Below, one piece after another: positions 1-10,292 of a stretch of 64,000 bases of DNA. Under the pieces are notes generated by a model that was not told the DNA's origin, did not search any database, and saw only the letters and a list, made by a program, of their open reading frames with translations. Each line of letters starts with the position of its first letter. The first letter of the stretch is position 1. The DNA comes from Alphaproteobacteria bacterium (GTDB lineage Bacteria; Pseudomonadota; Alphaproteobacteria; Bin95): positions 5,248,001-5,312,000 of the forward strand of contig CBDBGH010000003.1 in assembly GCA_965205265.1 (NCBI GenBank). The letters run 5' to 3'. The translations under genes and the position numbers were made by a program.

Positions 1-302
1 AGGCAATCGGCCACAGGCTTCCACGGCATGAGTTCTTTGAGAATGGGGTGGCGTTTCTCCCGAAACAGCGCCCTCAGCCGCGCACGGACATGCGAGGGAA
101 GGGAACGCAGCGCCTCCAGAAAAGGCTGGCCCGCAGCCTCGGAGGCGGAAATGCCCTGGAACGCGGCATCAAGGGCTTCGGGGTAGCCAGACCCGGAGAA
201 TATCGCCTCCTGCGAGGCGGAGGAGTCGAGAAACGCCTGCATAGCGGCTTCGAGACGTTCGGCAAGGCCGACCTTGCCGCGAGCGTCGAGGCAGGAAATT
301 GA
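1..302 (+). CDS. 3' end of a hypothetical protein entering from the left edge
   Basis: Frame open from position 3 to TGA at 302; no recognisable motif. Confidence 0.4.
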   Translation, partial: AIGHRLPRHEFFENGVAFLPKQRPQPRTDMRGKGTQRLQKRLARSLGGGNALERGIKGFGVARPGEYRLLRGGGVEKRLHSGFETFGKADLAASVEAGN

Positions 303-371
303 GGACATCGGGAGATGCCTCCCTCTGGATGAGGGTCGGACGAAGGACGCCGGGACCGGCCCGGGCGCCGG

Positions 372-1340
372 TCAACGGAAGCGGTAGAAGGCGGCGACGC
401 TGCCCGTGACCGATTTCTCGGCTTCCTGGAGTTGGCCGGCGGCGCTCTCGAGCAGGTCCCACTCCCGGGCCATATGGGCGCGCGCGTCGTCCCGGCTGCG
501 GGATGGATCGAGCACCTCCGTGACCGGCCGCGAGGAAAAGACGATGCCGGCCTCCTGGAACCATGTCTTGAATGCCTCGCACCAGGCGGCCCCGTCCTGC
601 GGCGCGTCGGCCTCCACCAGCGCGAGAACGGCGTCGGCCAGGGTCCGGACGGCAGCGGGGATGTCGGCGGGCAGGTTGTTGAGCCGCTCCCGCTGCTCAT
701 AGGCCAGAGCCGGATGCGGGATCATGAGCAGGAGGACAGACAGAACCGCGCCGGCCTGCCGGTCGCGGAGCGTGTTGATCTGCCGCCGGGCCTCGTAGCG
801 CTCGGTGAGGGCGTCCGCGACCTGGCAGACGGCGTCGGCAGTGGCCTCGACCGCCGGCAGCCGATCGAGCGGCGCCGGTGTCGCGGCGGCGGCGAATTCG
901 CGCCAGACGGACAGCAGGGGCCGGGGCGCCGCAAGTCTCGGCTCGAGGAGGAAGCGCAGATCGCTGTCTAGGCGCAGGGGAAGGAAGTCGATGCCGTTGA
1001 GGGTTCCGAGAACGAGTTTCTTACACTCGTCGGTAATGGAGACGATGATGCGATTGATATCGCGCCAGCGCCGGTCAGCACGTCCCAAGGCAACGGTGCC
1101 GATGGGGCTGGTGAAAAGGTCCAGTGCGGCGCGGTCTTCCGATTCCAGGCGCGCCAGCAGCAAGGTGAGCGACGCCGTTTGCGTCGGATTCTTCGCGCGT
1201 TCCAGCAGGAACATTGCAGGCTGGGGAATCGGCGTTTCGTTCAGCCGGTTGACCGTTTCGTCTTCGAGGCTGCTGGCCCAGGCGGCGAGTTCCGCCCCGG
1301 CCAGGTCCGCGTTCGGATGGGGTATCCGGAGTGCTGCCAT
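372..1340 (-). CDS. Hypothetical alpha-helical protein, paralog of 1514-2545
   Basis: MAALRIPHP start with GAAGGA RBS; shares blocks (EARRQINTL/EVRRQLETL, GAAWCEAF/GMGWAEAF, C-terminal RFR) with neighbour. Confidence 0.7.
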   Translation of the reverse strand: MAALRIPHPNADLAGAELAAWASSLEDETVNRLNETPIPQPAMFLLERAKNPTQTASLTLLLARLESEDRAALDLFTSPIGTVALGRADRRWRDINRIIVSITDECKKLVLGTLNGIDFLPLRLDSDLRFLLEPRLAAPRPLLSVWREFAAAATPAPLDRLPAVEATADAVCQVADALTERYEARRQINTLRDRQAGAVLSVLLLMIPHPALAYEQRERLNNLPADIPAAVRTLADAVLALVEADAPQDGAAWCEAFKTWFQEAGIVFSSRPVTEVLDPSRSRDDARAHMAREWDLLESAAGQLQEAEKSVTGSVAAFYRFR

Positions 1341-1513
1341 TGATGATGATCCTTCCCTGCTTGTGCGGTGTTTCAGTCCGCCAGTCGATAACCCTGTGTC
1401 CCTTCGTGGGTCGCGGGATTCCACACCTAACATGCCGGGACAGGCGGCCGTCATGGGCCCGAACCAAATAGATGGGGAAAACCGGACTTCGCGCGCCGTT
1501 TTCCGGACCGGAC

Positions 1514-2545
1514 TCACCGGAACCGGAAACAGCGCCTGAACTGCGTTGCCGCCTCGTCGCCGAGTTCGCGTTCCAGGTCCGCGATCTGTTCGGCGACGAG
1601 GCCCGTCTCCGTCCGGCGCCCGGCCAGGAACTGTTGGGTTTCGGCCCTTGATTTGCGCGGGCGCGGGGCGACCGAGGACGACTTGTCGTAATGCGGGAAG
1701 TCGGTCCCATAATGCCAGAACCATGACTGGAATGCTTCGGCCCAGCCCATGCCGTCGGGCAAACACCCGGCGTCAAGAACCGCCAGAACGCCGTCGCGCA
1801 GACTGCGGGCTGCGGTCGGCAGGTCGGCCATGGCCTTGATGTGGCCATGTTGCGCGAGTCCTGTCTCGGGTTGGTTGATGACCGCGAGCAGGATGGAGGT
1901 ATCGAGACAGCCCCGCAGATGATACAGGGTCTCGAGCTGGCGGCGAACCTCATGTTCGGCTGTCAGCGCGTCAGCAAGACCGGCAAGACCGCTGGCGTGG
2001 CCACAGGGCTCCGGGATGCCGGATGCAAGGGTTCCCAGAGCGCCCGCGGCGGCGAATCCCGACCACAGGCCGTGAACCGGGCCGGGCGGGGCGGCGGGCG
2101 GCGCCCAGGCGCCCGCGACAGGCATGTCCCCCGAATGGGCCAGAACGGGAAGGCCCTTGCCATGGGCAAGGCCGAGCCCTTCCGTCCGCAGGCCGTAAAG
2201 AGTGAGGAGCGCAGCCTCGCGGCTGCACTTGGTGATCCTGTCCATGGCGGTGCCCACGGCGGCCCACACGGGGGAATCCTGGGAGGAAGCCAGAAGTGGC
2301 ATGAGGCGCGAGCTGCGCAGACAGGCCCTGTCCTCGGAGGTCAGCCGGGACATGAGCATGAGCAGACTCATGTCCGGTTCTGCCGCCTCTCTGGCAGTTT
2401 TGAACAAACGGCCGAGCGCTTCGTCCAGACCTTCGTGGTTTCCCAGCCGACGTGTTCGGACGTCGGCCTCAAGTGCCTCGATATAGGCGGCGAGATCGGC
2501 ACCGCTCGTGGCGGGTCCGGCCGGGGCAGCGGTGACTGCGGTCAC
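1514..2545 (-). CDS. Hypothetical protein, paralog of 372-1340, translationally coupled to recD2
   Basis: GTG start overlapping recD2 stop, AGGAGA RBS; shared motifs with neighbour. Confidence 0.75.
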   Translation of the reverse strand: MTAVTAAPAGPATSGADLAAYIEALEADVRTRRLGNHEGLDEALGRLFKTAREAAEPDMSLLMLMSRLTSEDRACLRSSRLMPLLASSQDSPVWAAVGTAMDRITKCSREAALLTLYGLRTEGLGLAHGKGLPVLAHSGDMPVAGAWAPPAAPPGPVHGLWSGFAAAGALGTLASGIPEPCGHASGLAGLADALTAEHEVRRQLETLYHLRGCLDTSILLAVINQPETGLAQHGHIKAMADLPTAARSLRDGVLAVLDAGCLPDGMGWAEAFQSWFWHYGTDFPHYDKSSSVAPRPRKSRAETQQFLAGRRTETGLVAEQIADLERELGDEAATQFRRCFRFR

Positions 2546-4797
2546 AGCGACGGTCTCCTTTCGGCGATCTGTTCCTCGAGAAGCTGCCGCAACCGGGTCC
2601 AGCGGCGGTTGGCCGAGGACGCGCGCACGGCCCGCGTGACGGCCCTCTCGTCGCCGACCAGGACGACATAGCGCTTGCCCCTGGTCACGGCGGTGTAGAG
2701 CAGGTTGCGCTGGAGCATCACGTAGTGCTGCATGGTCAGCGGAATGACGACAGCCGGGTATTCGGAGCCCTGGCTCTTGTGGATGGAAATGGCCCAGGCC
2801 GGAACGAGGGCGTCGAGTTCCTGGAAGGTGTAGGGGACGGCGCGCTCGCGGCCCTCGAAAAGGACGCCGAGGGTCTTGCGATCCGCATCGAGTTCGACGA
2901 CGAAGCCGATATCGCCGTTGAAGACCTTCCTGTTGTAGTCGTTCTCGATCTGCATGGCCTTGTCGGCCAGGGCCCAGCGCCAGCCGCCGCGCTCGATGAC
3001 GGACTCGTCGCGGGCCGGGTTGAGCAGCTTCTGCATCTGGATATTGAGGTTGCGGGTCCCGACTTTCGGGCGGTGCATGGGACAGATGACCTGGATATCC
3101 TCGGCGGCCCGCAGGCCGAACCGCCTGGGCAGGCGCTCGGAAACGATCTCAAGCGTGCGCTCGACGGTTATGGCCGCGGTTGCGGCCGGGACGAAGAAGA
3201 AGTCGGTCGGCACGTCCGGGCGCGACAGATCCGGGACCTCGCCGGAATTGATGAGATGGGCCGCATGGACGATGCGGCTGTTGCGCTCCTGCCGATGGAT
3301 ACGGCTCAGCCGCGAGACCGGCAGGGAGCCGGAGACGATGATGTCCCCGAGCACATGGCCGGGTCCGACCGAGGGCAGCTGGTCCACGTCGCCGACGATC
3401 AGCAGGGCGGCCCCGTCGCGCAGGGCCCGCAGAAGCGATTCCATCAGTTCGGCATCGACCATGCTGCACTCGTCGACGATAACCAGGTCGGCGGACAGCG
3501 GGTCGTCCTCGTTGCGCAGGAATTCGAACGTGGCCGGGGAGAATTCGAGCAGCCGGTGAATTGTCATCGCCTCGTGGCCGGTGGCCTCGGACATGCGCTT
3601 CGCCGCCCGTCCGGTCGGGGCGCACAGGGATATCGTGATTTCGCGGGGTCGGAGAATGTCCAGGACCGCCTTCAGGATCGTGGTCTTGCCGACGCCGGGC
3701 CCGCCTGTAATGACGAACAGCTTGTGGGTGAGCGCGCGCAGCACGGCGGCGCGCTGCTCGGTGTCGAAGCGCAGCCCGGAGCGCTGCTCGGCGGCGGAGA
3801 CCGCCGCATCCGGATCGGCGACCGACCAGGGCAGGGCGCCGGCGGAAAGGCGCCGGAGATCGTGGGCAATCCGGTTCTCGCAGGCGAAGAGAACCGGCGA
3901 AAACACGCAGTGGATCCCGGATATCCTGTCCAGGTGAAGGCGTTCCGCCGCAATCTCCTCGTCGAACACCGCGTTGATCGCGGCGGGCGACACCTCGAGC
4001 AGTTCCTTGGCGCGCTGCAGGAAAATGTCGAGGGGCAGTCCGCAATGCCCTTCGGAGCGGCTTTCGTGGAGAACATGGAAAAGCGCGGCCCGCAGGCGTT
4101 CGGGATTGTCCTTCGTGAATCCGGCGGCCAGCGCGATGGTATCGGAAGTGGCGAAGCCGATGCCGCGGATGTCGCGGGCCAGCCGGTAGGGGTCGGCCTG
4201 CATGACCTGCATCGCCCGGCTGCCATAGGCCCGGTAGATGCGGTAGGCCCGCGCCCCGCCGAGCCCATGGCCGTGCAGGAAGACCATGATGGTCCGGATG
4301 GTCCTGTCCTCGGCCCAGCTTTCGACGATGGCCCTGGCGCGGCCGGGGCCGATGCCGGCAACGTCCTGGAGGCGCCCGGGCTCGTTCTCGATGATGTCGA
4401 AAACCTGCTCGCCGAAAGCCTGTATGAGCCGACGCGCATAGACGGTGCCGATGCCGTTGACCATGCCGGAAGCGAGGTATTTCTCCATCGCCTCGAGCGA
4501 GCCGGGCGGGCCGACATGGATGAAATTCGCCTTGAGTTGCCGGCCGTGGGTCGGGTTGTGGACCCATTCGCCCTGATAGGAAATGCCGTCGCCTTCGTCG
4601 AGCGGCACTGAATGGCCCACGACCGTGATGAGGTTGTGCTCGTCGCTGTCCGGCCGGACGAGGAGAACGCAGAAGCCGGTTTCGACATTGTGGTAGATGA
4701 CCTTCCTGACAATGCCGGCGCCGGACAGCGGCACACCGTCCGCGGCGGAGGCGGGCCCCGGCGCGGACGGTGTGCCGATGGCGGCGTCAGCCTGCAT
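2542..4797 (-). CDS. recD2: ATP-dependent RecD2-like SF1B DNA helicase
   Basis: N-terminal OB/HhH region (GIGFATSD), Walker A TGGPGVGKT, DECSM, GDVDQLPSVGPG, AISIHKSQGSEY, LYTAVTRGK. Confidence 0.93.
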   Translation of the reverse strand: MQADAAIGTPSAPGPASAADGVPLSGAGIVRKVIYHNVETGFCVLLVRPDSDEHNLITVVGHSVPLDEGDGISYQGEWVHNPTHGRQLKANFIHVGPPGSLEAMEKYLASGMVNGIGTVYARRLIQAFGEQVFDIIENEPGRLQDVAGIGPGRARAIVESWAEDRTIRTIMVFLHGHGLGGARAYRIYRAYGSRAMQVMQADPYRLARDIRGIGFATSDTIALAAGFTKDNPERLRAALFHVLHESRSEGHCGLPLDIFLQRAKELLEVSPAAINAVFDEEIAAERLHLDRISGIHCVFSPVLFACENRIAHDLRRLSAGALPWSVADPDAAVSAAEQRSGLRFDTEQRAAVLRALTHKLFVITGGPGVGKTTILKAVLDILRPREITISLCAPTGRAAKRMSEATGHEAMTIHRLLEFSPATFEFLRNEDDPLSADLVIVDECSMVDAELMESLLRALRDGAALLIVGDVDQLPSVGPGHVLGDIIVSGSLPVSRLSRIHRQERNSRIVHAAHLINSGEVPDLSRPDVPTDFFFVPAATAAITVERTLEIVSERLPRRFGLRAAEDIQVICPMHRPKVGTRNLNIQMQKLLNPARDESVIERGGWRWALADKAMQIENDYNRKVFNGDIGFVVELDADRKTLGVLFEGRERAVPYTFQELDALVPAWAISIHKSQGSEYPAVVIPLTMQHYVMLQRNLLYTAVTRGKRYVVLVGDERAVTRAVRASSANRRWTRLRQLLEEQIAERRPSL

Positions 4798-5099
4798 GGC
4801 TGCCCTCGTCGGAGTCGTTGGCGCCGCGCGCGTCCAACCCGTCGAGAAGGGCGTTTGGCCAGTCTGTCGTCACGGCGATGCGTCCGTGCGCCCGAGGGTC
4901 AACAAGGCGCCGGAGAGGTCGTCGGGAAACCCGTGGAGAACGCGGTGCACGGTTTACGGTTTCCTCGCCCGGGTCCTGAACCTCGACGCCACCATCGACG
5001 AGGTCATCGCAGGATATGCCCGTTTTCCTGGCCCGGTAAGCCGCCCATCCCGGAACAGGCTCCCGGATATGTTGGTGAAGGTCTTCGGCATCGAACCTG

Positions 5100-6398
5100 T
5101 TATCCGTCATCGCGCACCGCGGCACGGTCATCGCTAAACGGGTCATGGATGCGGGTCGAGGCCTTCTGGAGAGACCGGTCGCCGCGCCGGTCGTAGCGCG
5201 CGGTCGTCAGGGGCGAGGCGTGGCCCGCAAGACGCTGCACGATCGCGATATCGGTGCCTGCCTCCAGGGAGTCGGAAACGAAGGTGCGGCGCAGGTCGTG
5301 AGGCGTGAGCCGGTCGAGGCCGGCGGCCTGGGCCCGGCGGGCAAGGCGTCGCATGAGAGCGTCTCCCGATATGCCGCGGTTGCCGGCGACCCGGGTTCCC
5401 CGGCGAAGCTGGGTGAGCACGGGCCCGGGCTCCCTTCCCCGGAGTTCTATCCAGCGGTTGAGGGCTTCAAGGGCGCCGCTCGAGAGCCAGATGCGCCGCT
5501 GGCGGTTGCCCTTGCCGATCACACGGATCTCGCCGCTGTCGAGATCGACATCGCGCAGCTGCAGAGAACAGGCCTCCGCACGTCGAAGGCCGCCGGAATA
5601 GAGCAGGGCGAAGGCCGCCGCATCGCGGGTGCCGAGCAGGACGTTCTTGCGGTCCCGGCAGCTGGCGATGAGCCTCGAGAGTTCCTCGTCGGTTGCAGAC
5701 CGGCCGGCGGGCAGACGGCTGCCGGGAACGGCCCGAAAGTCGATCGCGCGCTGATAGTCGTCGGTCGACATGGCTCCCAGGCGCCAGGCCGCCCTCAGCA
5801 CGCCTCGCAGTACGGACAGGATACGGTTGGCCGTGGCCGGTGCGTATCGCGCCGCCAATTCGGAGCGCAGCTGCATGGTTTCCGCCGCACGCAATTGCTC
5901 CCAGGGAAAGTCCTCGAAAGCCCCGTATTCGCGGCCGGAGAGAAATCCGGCGATTCGCACGAGGCATCGCAGCGCCGAACGTCCCGACTCGCGCGACGGC
6001 CCGACCGAGAGGGAGGCGAGATAGGCCAGTGTGGGCGAAGCGGGCCGGGTCGGGCCGGGGAGCCCCGCGCCGGCTACGGTCACGGCGGTTCCCGGCCCGG
6101 CTTCCGGCATTGCCCCGTGGCCGTCGGGCGGGGGCCGGGAAAGCAGGTCGTCCTCGGCGGCCTTCAGGACACCGCGAAGACAGGAAAGCATGTGCCGAAC
6201 CGTCGCGGGGGCGTACCGGGCCGCGAGCTTGTCGCGCATTTCGTGGAATCCGGGTCCCCGCAGGGCCTCCCAGCAGTTGTCCGGGTCCCCGCCCGCCAGC
6301 TCGCATATCCTGCGCAGCGAACGGGTAGCCTGTTCCCGGGACCGGCCCGGCGCCAGGGTGGCGAGGTAGATGCTGACGGGATGGACGCTTTCGGTCAT
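5100..6398 (-). CDS. Tyrosine recombinase/integrase with duplicated N-terminal core-binding domain
   Basis: GLRRAE, GKG, TPHDLRRT, LAGH, TTARYD catalytic motifs; two copies of the YLAxL...LAARYAPAT...LRGVL domain. Confidence 0.9.
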   Translation of the reverse strand: MTESVHPVSIYLATLAPGRSREQATRSLRRICELAGGDPDNCWEALRGPGFHEMRDKLAARYAPATVRHMLSCLRGVLKAAEDDLLSRPPPDGHGAMPEAGPGTAVTVAGAGLPGPTRPASPTLAYLASLSVGPSRESGRSALRCLVRIAGFLSGREYGAFEDFPWEQLRAAETMQLRSELAARYAPATANRILSVLRGVLRAAWRLGAMSTDDYQRAIDFRAVPGSRLPAGRSATDEELSRLIASCRDRKNVLLGTRDAAAFALLYSGGLRRAEACSLQLRDVDLDSGEIRVIGKGNRQRRIWLSSGALEALNRWIELRGREPGPVLTQLRRGTRVAGNRGISGDALMRRLARRAQAAGLDRLTPHDLRRTFVSDSLEAGTDIAIVQRLAGHASPLTTARYDRRGDRSLQKASTRIHDPFSDDRAAVRDDG

Positions 6399-6437
6399 GG
6401 GCGGTCGGCCGGTTCCCTGCTTGATCTGCGAATCATA

Positions 6438-6471
6438 ACACAATCCGATTGTGTGGACAATCCGATTGCAC
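6438..6471. promoter_or_regulatory. Tandem palindromic operator or recombinase-binding sites upstream of the recombinase
   Basis: ACACAATC-C-GATTGTGT perfect inverted repeat followed by a second ACAATCCGATTG copy. Confidence 0.5.
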
Positions 6472-6596
6472 ATTCGCGGGAACCACGCTAGTCTGTAGCC
6501 GCCCGCCTGTGCAGTGGAGATAACCGGCACGGTCCGTGGGACAAGAGGAAAAGGTCCCGCTGGACTTTTTCACGCTGTCGCGGAAAGGTCATCCGG

Positions 6597-8228
6597 ATGA
6601 GCCAGCAAGACATCTTTCGGAACGAGACCCCGCCGATCCCCGCAGGTCCGGACGACGGATACGGGGCGGACGGCCCGCACTGGGAAGGCGAGACCGAAGA
6701 GCGGACTTCGGGACCGTCGTCCCCGGCCAGGGCCGTCGGTGCCGGCGGGGCCCCGGAGCACGGGGCGGACGCGGACCCCGTGCCGGGGCTGCCGGCACAA
6801 TTCGCGGATATCGTGGAACCCCACGACATCGGCCTCGAACGGATCATGCTCGGGGAATTGCTGGTGACCAATGAGATCGCCGAGGAGGTCGAGGGCTATC
6901 TCGAGGCGGCGCATTTCCACAACCCCGCGCATCGGGAGATATTCAGGAATATCCGCAGCCTGATCGACAGCGGCCGCGAGGCGAGTGTCGACAGTCTGGC
7001 CCCATACGTCGAATCCCATCCGGAGGTGAAGGCACTGGGCGGCCGGGAGTATCTGGTCGAGCTTCCCAAATATGCGGTCGGCCTCGCCGACTGGCGCACC
7101 TATGCGGACCTGCTGCGCGACCTGTTCATGCGCCGTCGGCTCAACGACCTCGCACGGAAAATGCTGCGCGACAATCACCGGGCCGATGTCGGGAAATCCG
7201 GGCTCGACCGTGTCGAGTCGGTCGAAAAGGACCTCTACGATCTGACGGTCGGCGAACGGGACGCGACCGGCACCAGAAGTTTCGCCAATGCACTGTCCGA
7301 GATGCTGGCGCAGGCCGAAAGGGCCTACCAGTCGGATCGGAACGTGGTCGGGCTGCCGACCGGGTTCAGGGATCTGGACAATGTCATGGGCGGCCTCGTC
7401 GAAACCGATCTTGTCGTTCTGGCGGGGCGGCCCGGCATGGGCAAGACCGCCCTCGCGACGGCCATCACCGCGAATATCGCGCTGCCGAAACGGGCGCCCC
7501 GCCCGGACGACCCCAAATATGTCGTCCAGTTCTTTTCCCTCGAGATGTCGGCCTCGCAGCTCAGCCTGCGCACGGTGTCGGCGCGCAGCCGCATTGACGG
7601 CAGCCGCATCCGGCGCGGCAGGGTGAGCAGGGAAGAGATGCATGAGATTATCAATACGGCGCGCGAGATCGAGCTGGCGCGCCTGTTCATCGATGACAGC
7701 CCGGCGCTGACGCCGTCGCAGATGCGCACGAGGGCAAGGCGCCTGAAACGGCGCGAGGGGTCGCTGGACCTGATCGTGGTGGACTACATCCAGCTGATGC
7801 AGGCCTCGGAGGAGGAGCAGAGGCGGATCGGGGGCCGGCAGGAAGAGGTGGCCAGCATCAGCCGGTCCCTGAAAGTGCTGGCGAAAGAACTCAATGTTCC
7901 GGTCCTGGCGCTGTCCCAGTTGTCGCGGGCTGTCGAGGGCCGCGAGGACAAGCGCCCGATTCTGTCGGACCTGCGCGAATCGGGCGGCATCGAGCAGGAT
8001 GCCGATGTGGTGCTGTTTCTCTTTCGCGAGGAATACTACCTGCGGCGCAAGGCCGATGATGAGGAAGACGAGAGACCGGATATCAATGCGGCCGCCGAGG
8101 GTCTGGCCGAGGTGATCGTGGCGAAGAACCGGCACGGGCCGCTCACGAGCGTCAACATGAATTTCGATGACAAGTTCACCGAGTTCAGCGACCTCGCCCA
8201 GCGTGACACCAGAGGCCCGCCGCCATAG
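6597..8228 (+). CDS. dnaB: Replicative DNA helicase
   Basis: GLPTGFRDLD, LAGRPGMGKT, FFSLEMS, VVDYIQL, LSQLSR, SDLRESGGIEQDAD, VAKNRHGP. Confidence 0.95.
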   Translation: MSQQDIFRNETPPIPAGPDDGYGADGPHWEGETEERTSGPSSPARAVGAGGAPEHGADADPVPGLPAQFADIVEPHDIGLERIMLGELLVTNEIAEEVEGYLEAAHFHNPAHREIFRNIRSLIDSGREASVDSLAPYVESHPEVKALGGREYLVELPKYAVGLADWRTYADLLRDLFMRRRLNDLARKMLRDNHRADVGKSGLDRVESVEKDLYDLTVGERDATGTRSFANALSEMLAQAERAYQSDRNVVGLPTGFRDLDNVMGGLVETDLVVLAGRPGMGKTALATAITANIALPKRAPRPDDPKYVVQFFSLEMSASQLSLRTVSARSRIDGSRIRRGRVSREEMHEIINTAREIELARLFIDDSPALTPSQMRTRARRLKRREGSLDLIVVDYIQLMQASEEEQRRIGGRQEEVASISRSLKVLAKELNVPVLALSQLSRAVEGREDKRPILSDLRESGGIEQDADVVLFLFREEYYLRRKADDEEDERPDINAAAEGLAEVIVAKNRHGPLTSVNMNFDDKFTEFSDLAQRDTRGPPP

Positions 8229-8380
8229 GGGTTTCGGGCGCGCGCCGTTCCCCTGCAGCGGGCGCTCCGGGCGCCCTGGTGGTTGGCGATTTCACGCGTC
8301 GCCGGCATTCTGTCCTGCGGAAGCGGCCTCCCTCCCCGGACCCCCCGGACGGCAGGCCGGACGAGGGAAGAGGGAGAGCG

Positions 8381-9271
8381 ATGGACGGGGTGGCGGAAGA
8401 CATGAGAGTCAAGGCGGAGGAGTTCCTTGGGCGCTATCGCTCGGGAGAACGCGATTTTCCGGATATCGACCTGTCGGGGATTGTGATCCGCGACATGACA
8501 TTCGAAAATCTCAACCTGGCCGGCGCCCAGGCGCGGGGCTCGGACTTCACGGGGTGCAGCTTTGCGGGTTGCCGCTTCGACAGGGCGGACTTCACCGGTG
8601 CGCGCTTCGAACTGTGCCTGTTCGAAGAGGGATGCAGTTTCTCCAAGGCAGAGTGCGCGGGAAGCTGCTTCGACAGCGCCCGCCTTGAGGACGCCGACCT
8701 CGAGGGAGCCAATTTCGAGCGGGCGAGCCTGCAGGGCGCGAGCCTGTATGCCTGTCTGCTCAACCGGACCAATTCGCGCAAGGCCTCGATGGAGGATATC
8801 GAGGCCCCGGGCGCGCGTTGCGACCGTGCCGACTTCACCGGCGCCTGGATGCCCGGCGCGAATTTTCAGGATGCATCCCTGCAGGCGGTGAAGATGGAGG
8901 GCTGCATTGCCCGGGGAAGCAATTTCTCGGGTTGTGACATGCGCGGGAGCAACCTGAAGCGCTGCGTCCTCGACCGGGCCCGCTTCGACGGCACGGACGC
9001 GCGGCTCTCCGACTTCGGTGGAACGTCGATGGACTCCGTCTGGATGCGCAATGCTGACATGCGCGGCGTGTCGGTCTGCGAAGCGGACCTGACCCGGGCA
9101 CGCCTCAATGGCACCGATTTCGAAGGCGCCGTGGCGCACAATGCGTGTTTCCGTGAAGCCGAGTGCGAGGGCGCCAGGTTTTCCGACATCGAGGCCTCCG
9201 GAGCGGATTTCACCGATGCGTCCGGCTACCGTCAGGAGCCGGAGGCGCCGGAAGCGCTGCTCCGGTTCTGA
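8381..9271 (+). CDS. Pentapeptide repeat protein
   Basis: RYRSGERDF N-cap then continuous A(D/N)(F/L)xx repeats. Confidence 0.9.
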   Translation: MDGVAEDMRVKAEEFLGRYRSGERDFPDIDLSGIVIRDMTFENLNLAGAQARGSDFTGCSFAGCRFDRADFTGARFELCLFEEGCSFSKAECAGSCFDSARLEDADLEGANFERASLQGASLYACLLNRTNSRKASMEDIEAPGARCDRADFTGAWMPGANFQDASLQAVKMEGCIARGSNFSGCDMRGSNLKRCVLDRARFDGTDARLSDFGGTSMDSVWMRNADMRGVSVCEADLTRARLNGTDFEGAVAHNACFREAECEGARFSDIEASGADFTDASGYRQEPEAPEALLRF

Positions 9272-9304
9272 GGAAGCGGCGCGAGAGGCCGTTCGATCCC
9301 GGGT

Positions 9305-10111
9305 TTACGGCGTCGGCGCAATCCCTGTCGGAATGCCGAGGGCGTTGTCGAAGCAGGCCCGTAACCTCCCTGTCGAACTGAACTGTGCTCCCGTGAAATC
9401 GGAGTCGGCGAAATCGGCGCCGTCGAGAAGGGCGTCGACCATGTACGCATTACGGAAGTTGCCGCCTCGAAGACAGACGGATTGCAGGTCCGCGCCGCAG
9501 AGGGACGCTCCGGCAAAGACGACTTCGGACCCGCCGTCGAGAGCCCGCGAACGCGAGGTCGCGAACCGCATGCGGGCGCCGTCCAGGGAGGCGCCGTCGA
9601 AGCGGCATGCATGCACGGACGCGCCCTCGAGAACGATCCGCGGCAAGCGGGCGCGGACGAAGCTCGCCATGGCGAGATCGCATTTCTTCAGCACGGTGTC
9701 CGCCAGGGTGGCGTCGTTGAAAACGGCGCTCGCGAAATTAGCGCCCAGCGCGTTGACCGATGAGAGCCTGGCTCCTGTGAAGTCGGCACCGGGAGCATCG
9801 GCCCGGTTGAAGGCGGCGCCGCATAGGCTTGCATGGCGGAAGCGCGCGCCGCTGGCCATTGCGCCGTGAAACGAGCAATTCGCCATCCATGCACGTTCAA
9901 GAACGGAACCGAGCAGAAGGCTCCCGTCGAAGCTGCACTCCGTCAGGGTGGCGTCGCGGAATGAGCAGCCGACAAGGTCGGCCCCGCGAAAATCGGCGCC
10001 TTCGAGGGAAACGCCCGGAACGCTGAGGCCGGAGAGCGGGGCATTGCGGAAATCGCGCTCGCCTGCGGCATAACGCCGGAGAAACGCCGCTGTATCGTCA
10101 TCCGTGGACAT
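9305..10111 (-). CDS. Pentapeptide repeat protein
   Basis: RYAAGERDF N-cap then pentapeptide repeats; GGAGG RBS. Confidence 0.88.
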   Translation of the reverse strand: MSTDDDTAAFLRRYAAGERDFRNAPLSGLSVPGVSLEGADFRGADLVGCSFRDATLTECSFDGSLLLGSVLERAWMANCSFHGAMASGARFRHASLCGAAFNRADAPGADFTGARLSSVNALGANFASAVFNDATLADTVLKKCDLAMASFVRARLPRIVLEGASVHACRFDGASLDGARMRFATSRSRALDGGSEVVFAGASLCGADLQSVCLRGGNFRNAYMVDALLDGADFADSDFTGAQFSSTGRLRACFDNALGIPTGIAPTP

Positions 10112-10292
10112 GGTCGGGCGCCCTCCGGCACGGCAGCGTGCAACGCCAGGACCGTTGCCGGCCGCGGGGTCCGATCTGCATCCGGTGTCGGCTATGGGTA
10201 CTTCGCATATGGCTCGCTGCTCGGTGGCGTGGTGCGCCGTGCGGCATTCGCCGATTATCCGCGCATCCGGCTGCCGGCGCCGTTCCGGAGGA

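Noticed and set aside
2725-4611. Long antisense ORFs (also 6570-8135, 25131-26795, 62393-63598)
   Set aside because: Shadow frames of real high-GC genes
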